Below, one piece after another: positions 9,076 to 18,258 of a stretch of 52,560 nucleotides of DNA. This DNA is from a virus (taxonomy: Duplodnaviria > Caudoviricetes), in the IMG/VR virus record IMGVR_UViG_3300033148_004975, positions 1 to 52,560 of that record, one strand, 5' to 3'. The notes below the pieces were generated by a model. That model was given only the letters and a program-made list of their open reading frames with translations. It was not told where the DNA came from and did not search any database. The translations under genes were made by a program, and so were the position numbers. The stretch's first letter is position 1; each line of letters begins with the position of its first letter.

Positions 9076-9102
9076 CTCACTTTAGGTGTGGAGGATTTAA
9101 AA

Positions 9103-9282
9103 ATGCGTGGTGATGTAAAATACGTTCAAACTGGTACCGTTAAAGGAAAGAAAGACTGTCCATCGTGTGGGGAACAAATGATTCCAGCTAGGACTAGAGT
9201 TTGCCCAAACTGTAATTATGAATTTTATCCACCAAAAAAGAGTTGTGAAAAGGTGGAAAATTCAACTGAAAAGGCTGAATAA
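9103..9282 (+). CDS. small double Zn-ribbon protein, copy 1
   Basis: GGAGG RBS; GKKDCPSC..RTRVCPNC. Confidence 0.75.
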   Translation: MRGDVKYVQTGTVKGKKDCPSCGEQMIPARTRVCPNCNYEFYPPKKSCEKVENSTEKAE

Positions 9283-9319
9283 TTAAATGCTAGGCTATTT
9301 AGGTATGGAGGATTTAAAA

Positions 9320-9463
9320 ATGAAAGGAAAGAAAGACTGCCCATCGTGTGGGGAACAAATGATTCCAGCTAGGACTAGAGTTTGCCCAAACTGTAATTAT
9401 GAATTTTATCCACCAAAGCAAAGTCGTGAAAAGGTGGAAAATTCAATTGCAAAGGCTGAATAA
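9320..9463 (+). CDS. small double Zn-ribbon protein, copy 2 (47 aa)
   Basis: GGAGG RBS; MKGKKDCPSCGEQMIPARTRVCPNC..AKAE*. Confidence 0.7.
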   Translation: MKGKKDCPSCGEQMIPARTRVCPNCNYEFYPPKQSREKVENSIAKAE

Positions 9464-9467
9464 TTAA

Positions 9468-9614
9468 ATGCTAAGCTATATATTTACTACCGATATTACA
9501 ATATTTGATCTTGTATTTGCTGGTACGCTTATGACACTGGTTGTTTTATTTATGCATGTTATAACTCGAATTATATCACAAATGAGGAGAATAAAATGTC
9601 GTTTAATAAAGTAA
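9468..9614 (+). CDS. putative small membrane protein (48 aa)
   Basis: MLSYIFTTDITIFDLVFAGTLMTLVVLFMHVITR..; hydrophobic helix followed by a basic tail; overlaps the ssb start. Confidence 0.35.
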   Translation: MLSYIFTTDITIFDLVFAGTLMTLVVLFMHVITRIISQMRRIKCRLIK

Positions 9615-10006
9615 TATTGATGGGAAATCTTACCAAAGATATTCAATTGCGATATGTTGATTATAATGGTGTCCCGTGTGCGGTAACAGATATGCGTATT
9701 GCTGTTGATTGTAGAAATGAAAAAACCCTTTTTATTGACGTTGTATTATGGAGGAAATTAGCTGAAATAGCAAATTCATATTTAAAGAAGGGAAGCCCAG
9801 TATTAGTTGAAGGACGTTTAGAAGAAGATTCTTGGACAGATAACGAAGGAAATAAACGATATAAAGTTAAAGTTATTGCAGATGATCTTAGGCTATTGCC
9901 ACGTAACAAGCCAAAGGAGGAAGAAAATGTAGAGAATAGCAACAGTAACAGCAATGATGATAATATCAATGACGATATTGATATTGATCAACCAGTACTC
10001 TTTTAA
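9596..10006 (+). CDS. ssb: single-stranded DNA-binding protein with acidic tail
   Basis: FNKVILMGNLTKD, KGSPVLVEGRL, tail DDIDIDQPVLF. Confidence 0.93.
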   Translation: MSFNKVILMGNLTKDIQLRYVDYNGVPCAVTDMRIAVDCRNEKTLFIDVVLWRKLAEIANSYLKKGSPVLVEGRLEEDSWTDNEGNKRYKVKVIADDLRLLPRNKPKEEENVENSNSNSNDDNINDDIDIDQPVLF

Positions 10007-10058
10007 TTAAAATAAAGGCAATTTTACTCTTAGTCATTAAATTTAGAAAGGAAGAATT

Positions 10059-10412
10059 ATGCCTAATCTAAACCAAGTTATGTTAATTGGTCATGTAACA
10101 CGCGATGTCGAACTACGACATACTAATAACAATGTTCCTGTTACCGATATTTCATTAGCTATTAATGAAAAGAAGAAAAAGGGTAATGGAGATGTTATTG
10201 AAGAAACGACATTTGTTGATGTTACATTATGGAATAAATTGGCAGAAATCGCCTATCAATATGTCAGAAAGGGTGAAGCCGTATTAATTTGTGGTCGGCT
10301 TCGGTTAGAAACATGGGTTAAGGATGGAGAAAAGCGAAGTAAACTAAAGGTTGTTGCTAATCGTTTACAAAGACTAACCCATAAGTCTAATGAGGGCCAA
10401 GATAATGATTAG
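10059..10412 (+). CDS. ssb: second SSB, lacking the long C-terminal tail
   Basis: LNQVMLIGHVTRDVELR, EETTFVDVTLW, GRLRLETW, KRSKLKV. Confidence 0.93.
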   Translation: MPNLNQVMLIGHVTRDVELRHTNNNVPVTDISLAINEKKKKGNGDVIEETTFVDVTLWNKLAEIAYQYVRKGEAVLICGRLRLETWVKDGEKRSKLKVVANRLQRLTHKSNEGQDND

Positions 10413-10689
10413 TAGTCATCCATGCCATGATTGTCCAAGCGAACAAGATTATATTTGTTCTGCAAGGGATAAATGTGCAAGATATTTACGTTATAGAACA
10501 ATTGTCAATTGTTTTCAAAAAATATTAGATAATGTTAAAGATAGGGAAGAATTTGTTAGTTTTTGTTCTGATTATTTACTTGCTTGTGGATATACAGTAC
10601 ATATTGGCCCATTACATGGAGAATGTTGTGGCGAAATTAAAGTAGAAAAAGTTGAAGCTAATGAAAATCAATATACGGACACCGATTAA
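10405..10689 (+). CDS. hypothetical Cys-rich protein
   Basis: ORF overlapping the end of ssb2; CHDC..C..C. Confidence 0.55.
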   Translation: MISSHPCHDCPSEQDYICSARDKCARYLRYRTIVNCFQKILDNVKDREEFVSFCSDYLLACGYTVHIGPLHGECCGEIKVEKVEANENQYTDTD

Positions 10690-11848
10690 CGGTCTTGGTT
10701 ATGGTGTTGTTGGCAAAAATATTGTTAAATCATTACATAGATTAAACTATGATGTTACTTTATTCCCAATAGGTTATATGCAATTTGAATCTCAAGATGA
10801 ATCTGAATTCTTTTCATCACTAAGTAACAAAGCTAAACGAGAAAAATGTGATTTTGGTGCTCCGTCACTTACTATTTGGCATGAATTCGATCTATCTTTA
10901 AAAGTTGGCAACGGCGTAAGTGCTGTACTTCCAATATTTGAAACTTGGCCACTAAATAAACATGATATGAATAATTTAGCTTGGCACGATATTATTTTTG
11001 CAACAACATCAAAAAATGAAGAAGAAATTAAACGCGGATTTACAAAATATAATATGGGATATAAACCAGTGCATAAGATTACGCTTGGTTTTGATCCTAA
11101 AATATTTAATATTGACTGTGATGTTAAACCAGATCCACATGTTTTTACCTTTCTTAATATTGGAAAATGGGAAAAGAGAAAAGGGCATGATATATTAATT
11201 GAAGCATTTAATGCTGCTTTTACAGAAAATGACAATGTTAGATTATGGATGATGTGTCATAATCCATTTCTTGCACCAGGACTTAATAATGGAATAGATG
11301 AAAACACTGACTGGGAAAAGAAATATAAGCAAACTAAACTTGGTCATAAAATCACATTTTTACCTAGAGCCCAAACTCATAAAGAAGTTGCAAAGATAAT
11401 GCATCGTGCAGATTGTGGCATATTTCTTTCTCGGGCAGAAGGTGCTAATTTAGAATTATTGGAAATGCTAGCATGTGGAAAACCATGTATAGCAACACAA
11501 TGTAATGGTCATACAGAATATCTAAATGATGAACTATCAATTTGTATACCATTGGAAAAATGTGAATGTGCAAATGATGGAAAATGGTTTCGTGGTGATA
11601 AGATATGGAATAAAATTGATGATGAGGCTGTAGAAAAAATTTCCAACTATATGAATTTAATATATATATCTAAATTTCAAAGTGGTGTATTGCCACCTTT
11701 TAATAAGTGTAAAATTAATAAGAGTGTTCAAAATTTTACATGGGACGAATGTGTTAAGAATATTATTAATATAATATCAAATAGAGAAATTGAGAGTTTT
11801 ATTTCAAAACGAAATGACTTAGAATTACGTATATTACAAAATATTTAA
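10661..11848 (+). CDS. glycosyltransferase family 4 (GT-B)
   Basis: GKWEKRKGHD, EGANLELLEMLACGKP (E-x7-E). Confidence 0.9.
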   Translation: MKINIRTPINGLGYGVVGKNIVKSLHRLNYDVTLFPIGYMQFESQDESEFFSSLSNKAKREKCDFGAPSLTIWHEFDLSLKVGNGVSAVLPIFETWPLNKHDMNNLAWHDIIFATTSKNEEEIKRGFTKYNMGYKPVHKITLGFDPKIFNIDCDVKPDPHVFTFLNIGKWEKRKGHDILIEAFNAAFTENDNVRLWMMCHNPFLAPGLNNGIDENTDWEKKYKQTKLGHKITFLPRAQTHKEVAKIMHRADCGIFLSRAEGANLELLEMLACGKPCIATQCNGHTEYLNDELSICIPLEKCECANDGKWFRGDKIWNKIDDEAVEKISNYMNLIYISKFQSGVLPPFNKCKINKSVQNFTWDECVKNIINIISNREIESFISKRNDLELRILQNI

Positions 11849-11863
11849 AAAAGGAGTAAAAAT

Positions 11864-12253
11864 ATGCCACTTAAACGATGTACAAAAAATGGTAAAAAAG
11901 GATGGAAATTTGGAGATAAGGGTAAATGTTATACTTCTAAGAAAGATGCCATTAAACAGGGCATCGCAATATATGGACCTAAGAAATTTGCAGAAATTAT
12001 GAAGAAGGATAGTTTTGGTGAAGTGCGAGATATTGTTTTTTCTATTTTTGATGATATTAAAGAAAAAATTGTAGAGTATGGAGCAGAAGATTTTTCTCAA
12101 AAGATTAAGGAAGAAACATTCAACGACACACGTAATGTTATTTTATCTGTTTTTTACTATCACGATTTTGATAAGGAAATCTCTAACAACGTTTCAGAAG
12201 AAGATAAGCTAAATCTATATATTTTGGCACAAGATAAAGACAAAAATAAATGA
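11864..12253 (+). CDS. hypothetical phage protein
   Basis: AGGAG RBS; MPLKRC..GWKFGDKGKCYT. Confidence 0.7.
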   Translation: MPLKRCTKNGKKGWKFGDKGKCYTSKKDAIKQGIAIYGPKKFAEIMKKDSFGEVRDIVFSIFDDIKEKIVEYGAEDFSQKIKEETFNDTRNVILSVFYYHDFDKEISNNVSEEDKLNLYILAQDKDKNK

Positions 12254-12414
12254 AGTATACACAATTAGTAGAAAAACTTACGGATGAAAAACTACAAAAT
12301 GATGTTGCTTCACGTTTCTGTCATTGCTATGATGAATGGAGTTCAAAAGAATTCGCTAAAGAAGTAATAGAAGCTTTTGTTGATGATGTGCTGTGTGAAA
12401 TAGATAAGGAATAG
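12250..12414 (+). CDS. small hypothetical protein (54 aa)
   Basis: ATGA overlap with the upstream stop; fills the intergenic gap. Confidence 0.5.
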   Translation: MKYTQLVEKLTDEKLQNDVASRFCHCYDEWSSKEFAKEVIEAFVDDVLCEIDKE

Positions 12415-12434
12415 AAAAAATAAGGACAAAATAA

Positions 12435-13406
12435 ATGACAGAATCATCATATGAAGCTAATGTTGTCGAAATTATCATACATGATCATCCTAATGCGAAT
12501 AATCTTGGTATAGTATCAGTACATGGAAATCCAGTATGTATTAATAAAAATGACTGGAAAGGAATAAAGTATGGAGTTTATATTCCGCCAGATTCTATTG
12601 TTGACACTACAAGAGATGAATTTTCGTTTTTAGCAAATGGAAAAGATGATACTGCAATTATACGTGCTATAAAATTACGTGGTGTACCTAGTGTTGGATT
12701 ACTTATTCCAGCACCAAAGTGGGCAAAATTAGGCGATAATTTATATGATTATTATGGAATTAAACACTATCAACCAATAGATAGCAATATTAAAACTTCT
12801 GTTATAAATACTGCCCCGAATATATTTGCACCTAAATATGATGTGGAATCCATATTAAAATATAAAAATGTAATTCCTAAACAATCTAAGGTTTGGGTAT
12901 CTGAAAAAATTCATGGTGCTAATGCAAGATATGTATACCACAATAATCAAATGTGGTGTGGCAGTCGTAATAAATGGCATGGAAAAGAGTCAGAGTGGTA
13001 TAAGGCACTTGAATATCATCCAGAAATAGAAAAATATTGTAAAGACCATCCAGATATAATAGTATATGGCGAAATATATGGAAAAATACAGAAACTAAAA
13101 TATGGTATTGAAGATCATTGTCGGATATTTGTTTTTGATATATTGAAGGGATCAACATGGCTGTCACCGTTTTCTCTTATGAGTGAATGCGAGTTATTTA
13201 AATTGCCAATTGTCCCAACAATCTATATTGGACCTTATGATTTTGATTTAATTTGTGAGTTAGCCAAAGGTGATTCCTTAGTTAATAATGCCAACCATAT
13301 TAAAGAAGGATGCGTCATAAAACCAACAGAAGATATAATACATGATAAACTTGGCAGAGTTGCGTTAAAATGCATTAACAATGATTATTATGTTAATGTT
13401 AAATAG
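12435..13406 (+). CDS. ATP-dependent RNA ligase, DRB0094/Rnl5-like, with N-terminal OB-like domain
   Basis: HPNANNL N-domain; motif I EKIHGAN, YGEIYG, FDI, EGCVIK, LKCIN. Confidence 0.88.
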   Translation: MTESSYEANVVEIIIHDHPNANNLGIVSVHGNPVCINKNDWKGIKYGVYIPPDSIVDTTRDEFSFLANGKDDTAIIRAIKLRGVPSVGLLIPAPKWAKLGDNLYDYYGIKHYQPIDSNIKTSVINTAPNIFAPKYDVESILKYKNVIPKQSKVWVSEKIHGANARYVYHNNQMWCGSRNKWHGKESEWYKALEYHPEIEKYCKDHPDIIVYGEIYGKIQKLKYGIEDHCRIFVFDILKGSTWLSPFSLMSECELFKLPIVPTIYIGPYDFDLICELAKGDSLVNNANHIKEGCVIKPTEDIIHDKLGRVALKCINNDYYVNVK

Positions 13407-13427
13407 ATTTAGTTAGGAATTGCTATT

Positions 13428-13991
13428 ATGATAGTGCCATTATATGGTGTTAGAGAACTTAACATTGATGTTAATAAAGATATGGAAATTTTAACACAAA
13501 AAGAATATGAAGAATTAGCAATTAAAAGTATTTCACTACATGGCGGCAAATTAAGAGCTGTTCTCATGAATAGTGAGGATGCCATATCATATGTTATGTT
13601 CAAATTGATGATTGCATCATATAAGTGGGATAAAAGAATATCAGATCACAAATTATATTTATGGTATTGTGGAAAATATGCTGTGCAATCTATTACTACT
13701 GCCTGGTATAAAAATAGCGAAAGATATCCAATACATAAATCATTAAATGAGCACTTATCTGTTTATCAAGATAATGAAGATAACTATGATGCCGATGCAA
13801 TAAACGAGATGAAAAATATTATTAAAAATGCCAAATATTTAACAAAAAAGGAAAAAGAATATTCATTATTAGTTGCTGATGGTAATAATTTTACAGAAAT
13901 AGCCACAATGTATAATGTAACTAGACAAAATGTACAACAATTAGTTAGCTTTGCAACTAAGAAAATACGAGACAATGAAGATTTGGATTAA
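13428..13991 (+). CDS. sigma70-like factor (region 2 plus region 4 HTH)
   Basis: EDAISY..KWD..YLWY; LTKKEK..FTEIATMYNVTRQNVQQ; real start may be 13482. Confidence 0.7.
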   Translation: MIVPLYGVRELNIDVNKDMEILTQKEYEELAIKSISLHGGKLRAVLMNSEDAISYVMFKLMIASYKWDKRISDHKLYLWYCGKYAVQSITTAWYKNSERYPIHKSLNEHLSVYQDNEDNYDADAINEMKNIIKNAKYLTKKEKEYSLLVADGNNFTEIATMYNVTRQNVQQLVSFATKKIRDNEDLD

Positions 13992-14334
13992 ATTTATAAT
14001 TCATAAATATGATGGTGATGATTTGATCAATAACACACTATTTGTAGTTAAAAATAATAGAATTATTACTATTGAATATGATGGTAGCAAATCTATTGAT
14101 CAGATATTTAAAGATATACAAAAAGAAATTGGCCTAATTAATCAGAACATTATACATTATAGACCACTTGTTTTTAATGATAAAAATAACAATTTATGTA
14201 TAGTATATATATTAAGAGAATCACAAAAAATGAGATTGCCACCTCAATATAAATATATAAAATATAAAGATATTGATATTGTTTGCGAATCACCAATAGA
14301 CGCAAAATTACTAAAAATTAGCCTTAATATGTAA
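13975..14334 (+). CDS. hypothetical protein
   Basis: ORF within an operon-like run. Confidence 0.6.
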   Translation: MKIWIKFIIHKYDGDDLINNTLFVVKNNRIITIEYDGSKSIDQIFKDIQKEIGLINQNIIHYRPLVFNDKNNNLCIVYILRESQKMRLPPQYKYIKYKDIDIVCESPIDAKLLKISLNM

Positions 14335-14342
14335 GAAATAAA

Positions 14343-14681
14343 ATGAAATTTTGGGAAAAGAAAAAGTTAAATAAAAAACTTAATAAAAATAATAAGAAAC
14401 AAAAGTTTGAACCACCATATCAAATTGCACTAAATGTAAATGCCGTGGGTGAAAAATATTATTCAATTTCTTATCCAGAAAATGCAGATCCACATAATAA
14501 TGCAGATATATTATGTGAAATGATAAAATCCATAATGTTTAATTTTGAAGATGACATATTAAAAATAATAACCAACAGACAAGATACCACAATTAAAATT
14601 ATATTTCAAAAATGGCACAATATAATTAATGATGATAGTAATGATGCTATTGTTAGAAACCCTCTTCAGATCGATTTTTAA
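14343..14681 (+). CDS. hypothetical protein
   Basis: 112-aa ORF. Confidence 0.6.
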   Translation: MKFWEKKKLNKKLNKNNKKQKFEPPYQIALNVNAVGEKYYSISYPENADPHNNADILCEMIKSIMFNFEDDILKIITNRQDTTIKIIFQKWHNIINDDSNDAIVRNPLQIDF

Positions 14682-14690
14682 ACTAGGTAA

Positions 14691-15344
14691 TTGACAAAAA
14701 TGATAAAAAAATTTTTTTGGGAAAAATATGATAATAGAAGTGATGTTAATACTGATACACAACCATTCCCCAATATGAGTGGTGATGAGTTTGATGATGA
14801 AAATCAACAATTACATGCACATTATAAAATAATTCCATTGCCATTTGGTTTTTTTGGTCCCAAACAACAACAATATCAGTATGACGACTTTGATATATGG
14901 ATATTACATACCAATTTTAATATCACCCATGAAATATGTCAGCTTATTTCTGTCATCCCAGGAGTAGAGGCGGTTACAGTTTTATCAAGATATAGAATTA
15001 AAATCGGTTTTCATAAAACAAGTAGTAGTACCAAAATATTTAATATTAAAGAAATTCAAAAACGTATCGAGCAATCAATATTAGGATTTTTAATATTTAA
15101 ACAAGATGAACTCATTAATGCCTTTCCAGAAGAAATTTCTAAAAAGGTAAAATTACTTAGAGATAATATTGATTCTAAATATGAACATTGGGCTATTTAT
15201 GTATTACCTAATGCAGACATAGAAATAGTTACTAGTAATGATTATTCATGTGATTTTGTTAAGAAAGTACAATTTTTATGTTATATGCAAAAAATCATTA
15301 ATGGTGTAGTTATTATGTCTGATGATAAAGTATTCTTTACTTAA
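14691..15344 (+). CDS. hypothetical phage protein
   Basis: 217-aa ORF; WILHTNFNIT..IPGVE..SRYR. Confidence 0.7.
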   Translation: MTKMIKKFFWEKYDNRSDVNTDTQPFPNMSGDEFDDENQQLHAHYKIIPLPFGFFGPKQQQYQYDDFDIWILHTNFNITHEICQLISVIPGVEAVTVLSRYRIKIGFHKTSSSTKIFNIKEIQKRIEQSILGFLIFKQDELINAFPEEISKKVKLLRDNIDSKYEHWAIYVLPNADIEIVTSNDYSCDFVKKVQFLCYMQKIINGVVIMSDDKVFFT

Positions 15345-15366
15345 TCATTAACAATGATAAACGCAA

Positions 15367-16068
15367 ATGATAGAAGAACAAGAAAATGATTACAATTATG
15401 ATGATATAACTATATTACATGAATTTAACTTATCCATAAATACAAGAGAAATATTTGTACCACCAAATATATTTGATTCACCAGATGACACAATGATAGA
15501 TCATGTCGTTGCTTCTACATTTATTAAAAATTTACACATACTCAATTCAATAAGCAATGAACCAATAATAATCCATCAAATTAATTATGGTGGCGATTGG
15601 GGATATGGAATGGCAATTTATGATGCCATATTACATTCATGTAATAATCCGCGTATGTCTAATGTAGCTATAATATCATATGGTTATGCCGCATCCATGT
15701 CGTCCGTTATATTACAAGCTGCATCTAAACGTATATTAACACCAAATACTACTTTTCTTATGCATTGGGGCTCAGAAGAAATTAATAGTAATTTTTCCTC
15801 TGTTGTATCTGAAGTTGAACAGCGTAAAAAAGAAGCTGCAAAGATGCTAGATATTTATGTTAATAGATGTAAATATGGCAAATATTGAAAAAAAAGACAA
15901 ATGTCCCCAAGTCAAATTAAATCGTGGATAAAAAACGCCATCAATTCTGAACAGGAATATTATATGTCACCACAAGATGCTATAGATAAGGGGTTTATTG
16001 ATGGTATTTTAGGTAAAAGGCCATATGAAACAATAGAAAAAATTAAAAAAGCCCTCTATAAAAGATAG
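15367..16068 (+). CDS. clpP: ClpP-like serine protease with an internal in-frame TGA (15886-15888)
   Basis: GG..G.AIYD, AASMSSVIL (Ser), FLMH (His). After the TGA the same frame continues KKRQMSP..EYYMSPQDAIDKGFIDGI (ClpP C-terminus) to TAG at 16068. Confidence 0.8.
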
Positions 16069-16084
16069 CAATTTATATATTAAA

Positions 16085-16094
16085 GTGTATAATA
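16085..16094 (+). promoter_or_regulatory. candidate promoter element GTGTATAATA
   Basis: TATAAT in the only sizeable gap upstream of the 16168-17067 unit; no clear -35 box. Confidence 0.35.
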
Positions 16095-16167
16095 TATGGG
16101 AGTTTGGATTTTGATGGAATTGATAGGAAAACATTGTATTTATTTATATTTATAATGGAGGTAATAA

Positions 16168-16734
16168 ATGCCTGTTTATCCCGCACCTTATGCTAGATAT
16201 GGCCATGGTTATGCTACTGGTTTTAAACCTATGAATTCCTCGCTCCCAATTAAGAATAATGGGGGAACAATCATAGGTACTGGATCAACAAGTGGCCCAA
16301 TGGCATTAGTAAGCCAATTAGGACCACAGCAACGCCCAAATAATAATACTGTTCCAGGACCAAAACTACGAACTGGAACAGCACAACCTATTCCGGCAGG
16401 CACATTTAATAATCAAGTTGCTGGTAACTACATGATTAAGGGTGGCTCTTTTATGAGTTCGCTTGCTGGTGTATCTAGCACAAATCTTAATACTACAGCA
16501 AGACTTTCCTCATTTAATAAATCAATTAATAGCCTTACTTATCATAGAAGCCCCAATATTGCATCTTGGGATCTGCTTACTGGACAACCAACTTATAATA
16601 CAATAGCAGTTGTTAAGACTAGTTTTGGTGCTGATACCGCTGCCACCCCAACTAATACTGTACCTGGTTATCTTAGCTATATAGTTGGACTTTCTCCAGT
16701 AACAGATTATTATAATCCTCGCTATTTATGGTAG
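16168..16734 (+). CDS. Gly/Thr/Pro-rich, nearly uncharged protein, possibly virion structural
   Basis: Strong GGAGGT RBS; amino-acid composition unlike its neighbours. Confidence 0.7.
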   Translation: MPVYPAPYARYGHGYATGFKPMNSSLPIKNNGGTIIGTGSTSGPMALVSQLGPQQRPNNNTVPGPKLRTGTAQPIPAGTFNNQVAGNYMIKGGSFMSSLAGVSSTNLNTTARLSSFNKSINSLTYHRSPNIASWDLLTGQPTYNTIAVVKTSFGADTAATPTNTVPGYLSYIVGLSPVTDYYNPRYLW

Positions 16735-16743
16735 GGTAATCAT

Positions 16744-17067
16744 ATGATGGAAGCTATTAAAAAGAATGGTGCTATGGATTTGATTATTAAAGGAATAATT
16801 GGATCTGCTGGTGTTGTTCTTATTACTATTATGGGTTTTACATTATCAATATCTAATGGTGCTATAAAATCTAGTGAAGAAGCTAAAGTTTTAACAATTA
16901 AAAATAATAATGAATTGGCAACGCATATAGCTGCCCAAAAAGAATATGAAAAGGCTGTTAATGAAAAATTATGTGATATTAAAAATTCATTAGATGTTAT
17001 TAGCAAAGAACAAATTAATCAACGGGTAATGTTAGAGGCCCTTTCAACTAAAATCGAACAAAAATAA
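16744..17067 (+). CDS. single-TM, coiled-coil small protein (holin-like)
   Basis: IIGSAGVVLITIMGFTLSI TM segment followed by a heptad-like tail. Confidence 0.55.
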   Translation: MMEAIKKNGAMDLIIKGIIGSAGVVLITIMGFTLSISNGAIKSSEEAKVLTIKNNNELATHIAAQKEYEKAVNEKLCDIKNSLDVISKEQINQRVMLEALSTKIEQK

Positions 17068-17140
17068 CGCATAGAACAACATGGGCACAATCCAATGTGT
17101 AATGGGATGTAAAACAACATAAATAACAAAATAACTAGAA

Positions 17141-17179
17141 GGCTGCCACTATAAAATAATAGTGGTAGCCTTTTATTTT
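17141..17179 (+). terminator. Rho-independent terminator
   Basis: 12-bp stem GGCTGCCACTAT/ATAGTGGTAGCC followed by TTTTATTTT. Confidence 0.85.
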
Positions 17180-17216
17180 CTGCTTTAAAAAAACAATCGT
17201 GGATAAGGAATTAATT

Positions 17217-17966
17217 ATGGATTATGAAGTTGTTATATTTACATGCCCAAAGGATTATAATAAGTGTAAATTTACAATTCAATCATTAAAATATCTAAAC
17301 CCACAACCAAATAAAATTCATATCGTATCACCAAACACTGGTATAAAAACATATTTAAGAAATATTAATATAAAAAATATATCATTCCACAATGATAACG
17401 ATGTTCTAAACTTGGATATGAATGTTGCTAAATATAGAAGAATGTGGATGTGGCAACAGTTCGCAAAGTTATTTAACAATCTTAGCAACACGGACTATTA
17501 TTTTGTAGTGGATAGTGATGTGGTGTTCCTTGGTAATATCTTTGTTTTTAATCAAGATAAGCCACAGTTCTTCTTAACACAAGATCAACACCATGTACCA
17601 TATTTCAATACTATGAAGAAAATATGGGGGCTAGATAGGGCTTATGATCATTCTTTTATTGCAGATTTCATGTTAATGAATAAAGGAGTGAATGCAGAAA
17701 TATTAGGAAAATTTTCAATAAATGAATTATGGGGACGAGTCCACTCATTAATAAATCAAGATCCAGATAAATATTCATTTTCCGAATTTGAAACATATGG
17801 GCAATTCGTATATCATCATCACAAAAATATGTATGGTATATGTAAGATAGAGCATATATTACAAGCTTCATATGATAAATGGTGGGATGAAGATATAGAA
17901 CGATTTATTGCAGCGGTTAATAAGAATGAAGTAGACGCAATAAGTTTTCATACATGGATTAGATAA
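17217..17966 (+). CDS. GT-A fold glycosyltransferase-like (DUF6492-like)
   Basis: WMWQQFAKL, YYFVVDSD (DxD), FSEFETYG. Confidence 0.7.
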   Translation: MDYEVVIFTCPKDYNKCKFTIQSLKYLNPQPNKIHIVSPNTGIKTYLRNINIKNISFHNDNDVLNLDMNVAKYRRMWMWQQFAKLFNNLSNTDYYFVVDSDVVFLGNIFVFNQDKPQFFLTQDQHHVPYFNTMKKIWGLDRAYDHSFIADFMLMNKGVNAEILGKFSINELWGRVHSLINQDPDKYSFSEFETYGQFVYHHHKNMYGICKIEHILQASYDKWWDEDIERFIAAVNKNEVDAISFHTWIR

Positions 17967-17967
17967 A

Positions 17968-18246
17968 ATGAGAATTAGATTTGTGCGAAATTTTGTACTT
18001 TTCACTTCGGAATATACTATTAAAGATGGAAAAGCTACACATATTGAAAATCAATATCATATAAGGTCTGGAAAAATATATCCTATAGAATCATATGAGG
18101 AAAAGGGGGCTTTAATTGATATTACATTTTCTAATAATAGTAATATACGCGGAACAACATATAATTTAAATAAAGAATATGTAGAATTATTATTGGAGCC
18201 ACACGAAAGAAAAACCAGACTACAAGATTGTGGATGTGAAAAGTAA
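17968..18246 (+). CDS. hypothetical protein
   Basis: 92-aa ORF. Confidence 0.65.
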   Translation: MRIRFVRNFVLFTSEYTIKDGKATHIENQYHIRSGKIYPIESYEEKGALIDITFSNNSNIRGTTYNLNKEYVELLLEPHERKTRLQDCGCEK

Positions 18247-18258
18247 GGAGTAATTAAA

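Larger units (their letters stand above)
9080..9480 (+). repeat. tandem direct duplication of a small Zn-ribbon gene with its RBS
   Basis: Units at about 9080-9298 and 9298-9480 are near identical; the second lacks 36 nt after the ATG. Confidence 0.95.

Noticed and set aside
15886-15888. Genome-wide TGA recoding or selenocysteine
   Set aside because: TGA ends several genes at natural C-termini with ATGA/GTGA overlaps (12253, 21828, 27487). The site is not a catalytic Cys position and no SECIS-like hairpin follows.
17068-17140. Possible tRNA or small RNA in the intergenic gap
   Set aside because: No cloverleaf or TTCGA T-loop; only the downstream terminator is supported.
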